A DNA stretch of 62,413 bases, filler included, from Piptocephalis cylindrospora (Eukaryota): NCBI GenBank assembly GCA_003614145.1. It is 16 parts of 16 records of this genome, joined end to end, with 100 filler letters (N's around TTAATTAATTAA, not from the genome) between each part and the next. Parts side by side here need not be neighbours in the genome. Positions count along the whole stretch, not along the records: positions 58,639 to 62,413 come from KZ988629.1; 15 more parts are not named here. One strand, written 5' to 3'. A program made the translations under genes and the position numbers. This document shows positions 61,148 to 62,413 of this stretch, piece by piece (position 1 is the stretch's first letter; each line of letters starts with the position of its first letter). Under the pieces are notes generated by a model, which ran no database searches, was not told where the DNA came from, and worked only from the letters and a program-made list of their open reading frames with translations.

Positions 61148-61785
61148 TTAGGCAGTGCGGAGGATGAGATGAACCCCACTGTCTGTGTACACCAGATCGC
61201 TCATTTCATCAACGTCCAGGCCAAATGCGGCCTCCTCAAAGGCAGCTTGCATCTGCCCGCGACCAAAGTAGCCCAGATCGCCCTTACGACTAGCGGAAGA
61301 GCAATCCGATTCAGTCGTGGCAATCTCCCCGAGAGTTTTTTCCCCGCTCTTGATGCTCTTTTGGAAACCACGAAGTAGGGCTTCTGCCTCCTCCTTGCTC
61401 CGAGTAATCTCGGCCTAGTTACATGGAGTCATAAGAAGAAAATTGATGGGTAAGCGAAAGTAATGAAATGTGGAGCAGAAATATTTCTTCCACTCATGGC
61501 TTTCAAAGTACTACTCACCTGCTTCCACGAGGAAGGACGTCGAGATTGTGTATGCTTCACTAGGATATGGGAGGCCCTTACCTCCGTGCCTGGAGGAAGA
61601 CGTCCAGTGAAGCCTACCGGAGGTTCCCATTGTGATACCTTGGTGGTGGAGTTGTAGTAATAAGGCAGGTTCCGAGTCTTGGAGAAGCGCACTTCCCAGT
61701 TCTGAGGTAATTCTCCCTAGAGAACAGGATTAGTACTAATGTAAGTCTCTAACTTTGCCACGATCTATTCATCCTGACCTACCAT
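61148..61785 (-). CDS. ESS1: Parvulin PPIase Ess1/Pin1
   Basis: WW domain (WEVRFSK...YYYN...SQWEPP), VRASHILVKH...SRRPSSW, SDCSSA...GDLG and GVHLILRTA. Confidence 0.96.
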
Positions 61786-62413
61786 GATGAGGCAAAAACA
61801 AAGAAAAAAATGGGGGAGAGGAGACAGATGGGTAAAGAATGGAAGGAGGAGGAAGAGCGTGAGAGGACAACAAAAGCTGTGGATGGAAGAGAGTAGGGAA
61901 GGAGAACGTGGAGGATAGGGGCTGGGAGATGATCAGAGCTTTCAAGGCGGGATAAGCGGAGCATCGGCTGGCTTCTTTGAACGGTTGTGCCATTCCATAC
62001 TGCAGAACCTCTAGGCAGCAGCAGGTATCTACCGAGGACGTGGAAGCTTAGTCCAGCCTACGCCTTGTAGTCAGTACTAGAGACGCTCCTTCCCTCAGAG
62101 ACAGATTGAGTAGGCGGAGTTTGGATGTATTTTTGAAATGGCGGAGCTGAGCGGTCGCAAGGTATGGGAAGGACCTGTTCAAGGCCAAGAAGGGGGCTCC
62201 CTGGGCAATCTCTTCTCACAACACCCCAAGCAATATTGAAGGGAGAGCTGCCCTCCCCTGTTCGGTGGGGGGGTTAGGGGGAGGGGGTCGGGGCGACGAG
62301 GGGGAGGGGGGGGATGGGCAGACGGTGTGGCAGTGATGTCGTCCGAATGGTTAGCATGAAAGGGCGGTAATGGAACTTGACAGGAGGAAGGGGCATTATT
62401 TTCCCTACGAGGA

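Overview
The window is not one locus. It is 16 unrelated ~3.8-kb contigs, sorted by decreasing length and joined by artificial 100-nt spacers (N44-TTAATTAATTAA-N44), so adjacency across spacers means nothing. The DNA is from a compact, intron-rich eukaryote with short GT-AG introns. The gene set is fungal but includes CNOT11, a Tubby protein and TMEM62, which points to an early-diverging fungus (inference; possibly a Zoopagomycota such as Piptocephalis). Fold-back inverted duplications, a k=55 circular contig and G/C homopolymer frameshifts suggest a whole-genome-amplified assembly. Housekeeping genes include the AP-3 delta subunit, a TBC GAP, TMEM62, SPF1, CENP-O, ERG7, LSM1, LSM8, sorbitol dehydrogenase, CNOT11, PDCD2, mitochondrial uL14, an SDR, a ZFAND1-like protein, prolyl oligopeptidase, a metallothionein, an acid phosphatase, Tubby, RTC5-like, SSF1, ESS1 and tRNA-Pro(AGG). 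A complete 15-exon SPO11 that the ORF track misses can be spliced by hand. Mobile DNA includes two Merlin (IS1595-like) transposase families, Ty3/Gypsy gag and pol, and three related LTRs, two with 5-bp TSDs. The best novelty candidates are (1) a ~110-nt structured SINE-like element with four diverged copies in three contigs, compensatory base changes and a 17-bp TSD, and (2) an intronless OB-fold/CCCH/class I methyltransferase fusion.
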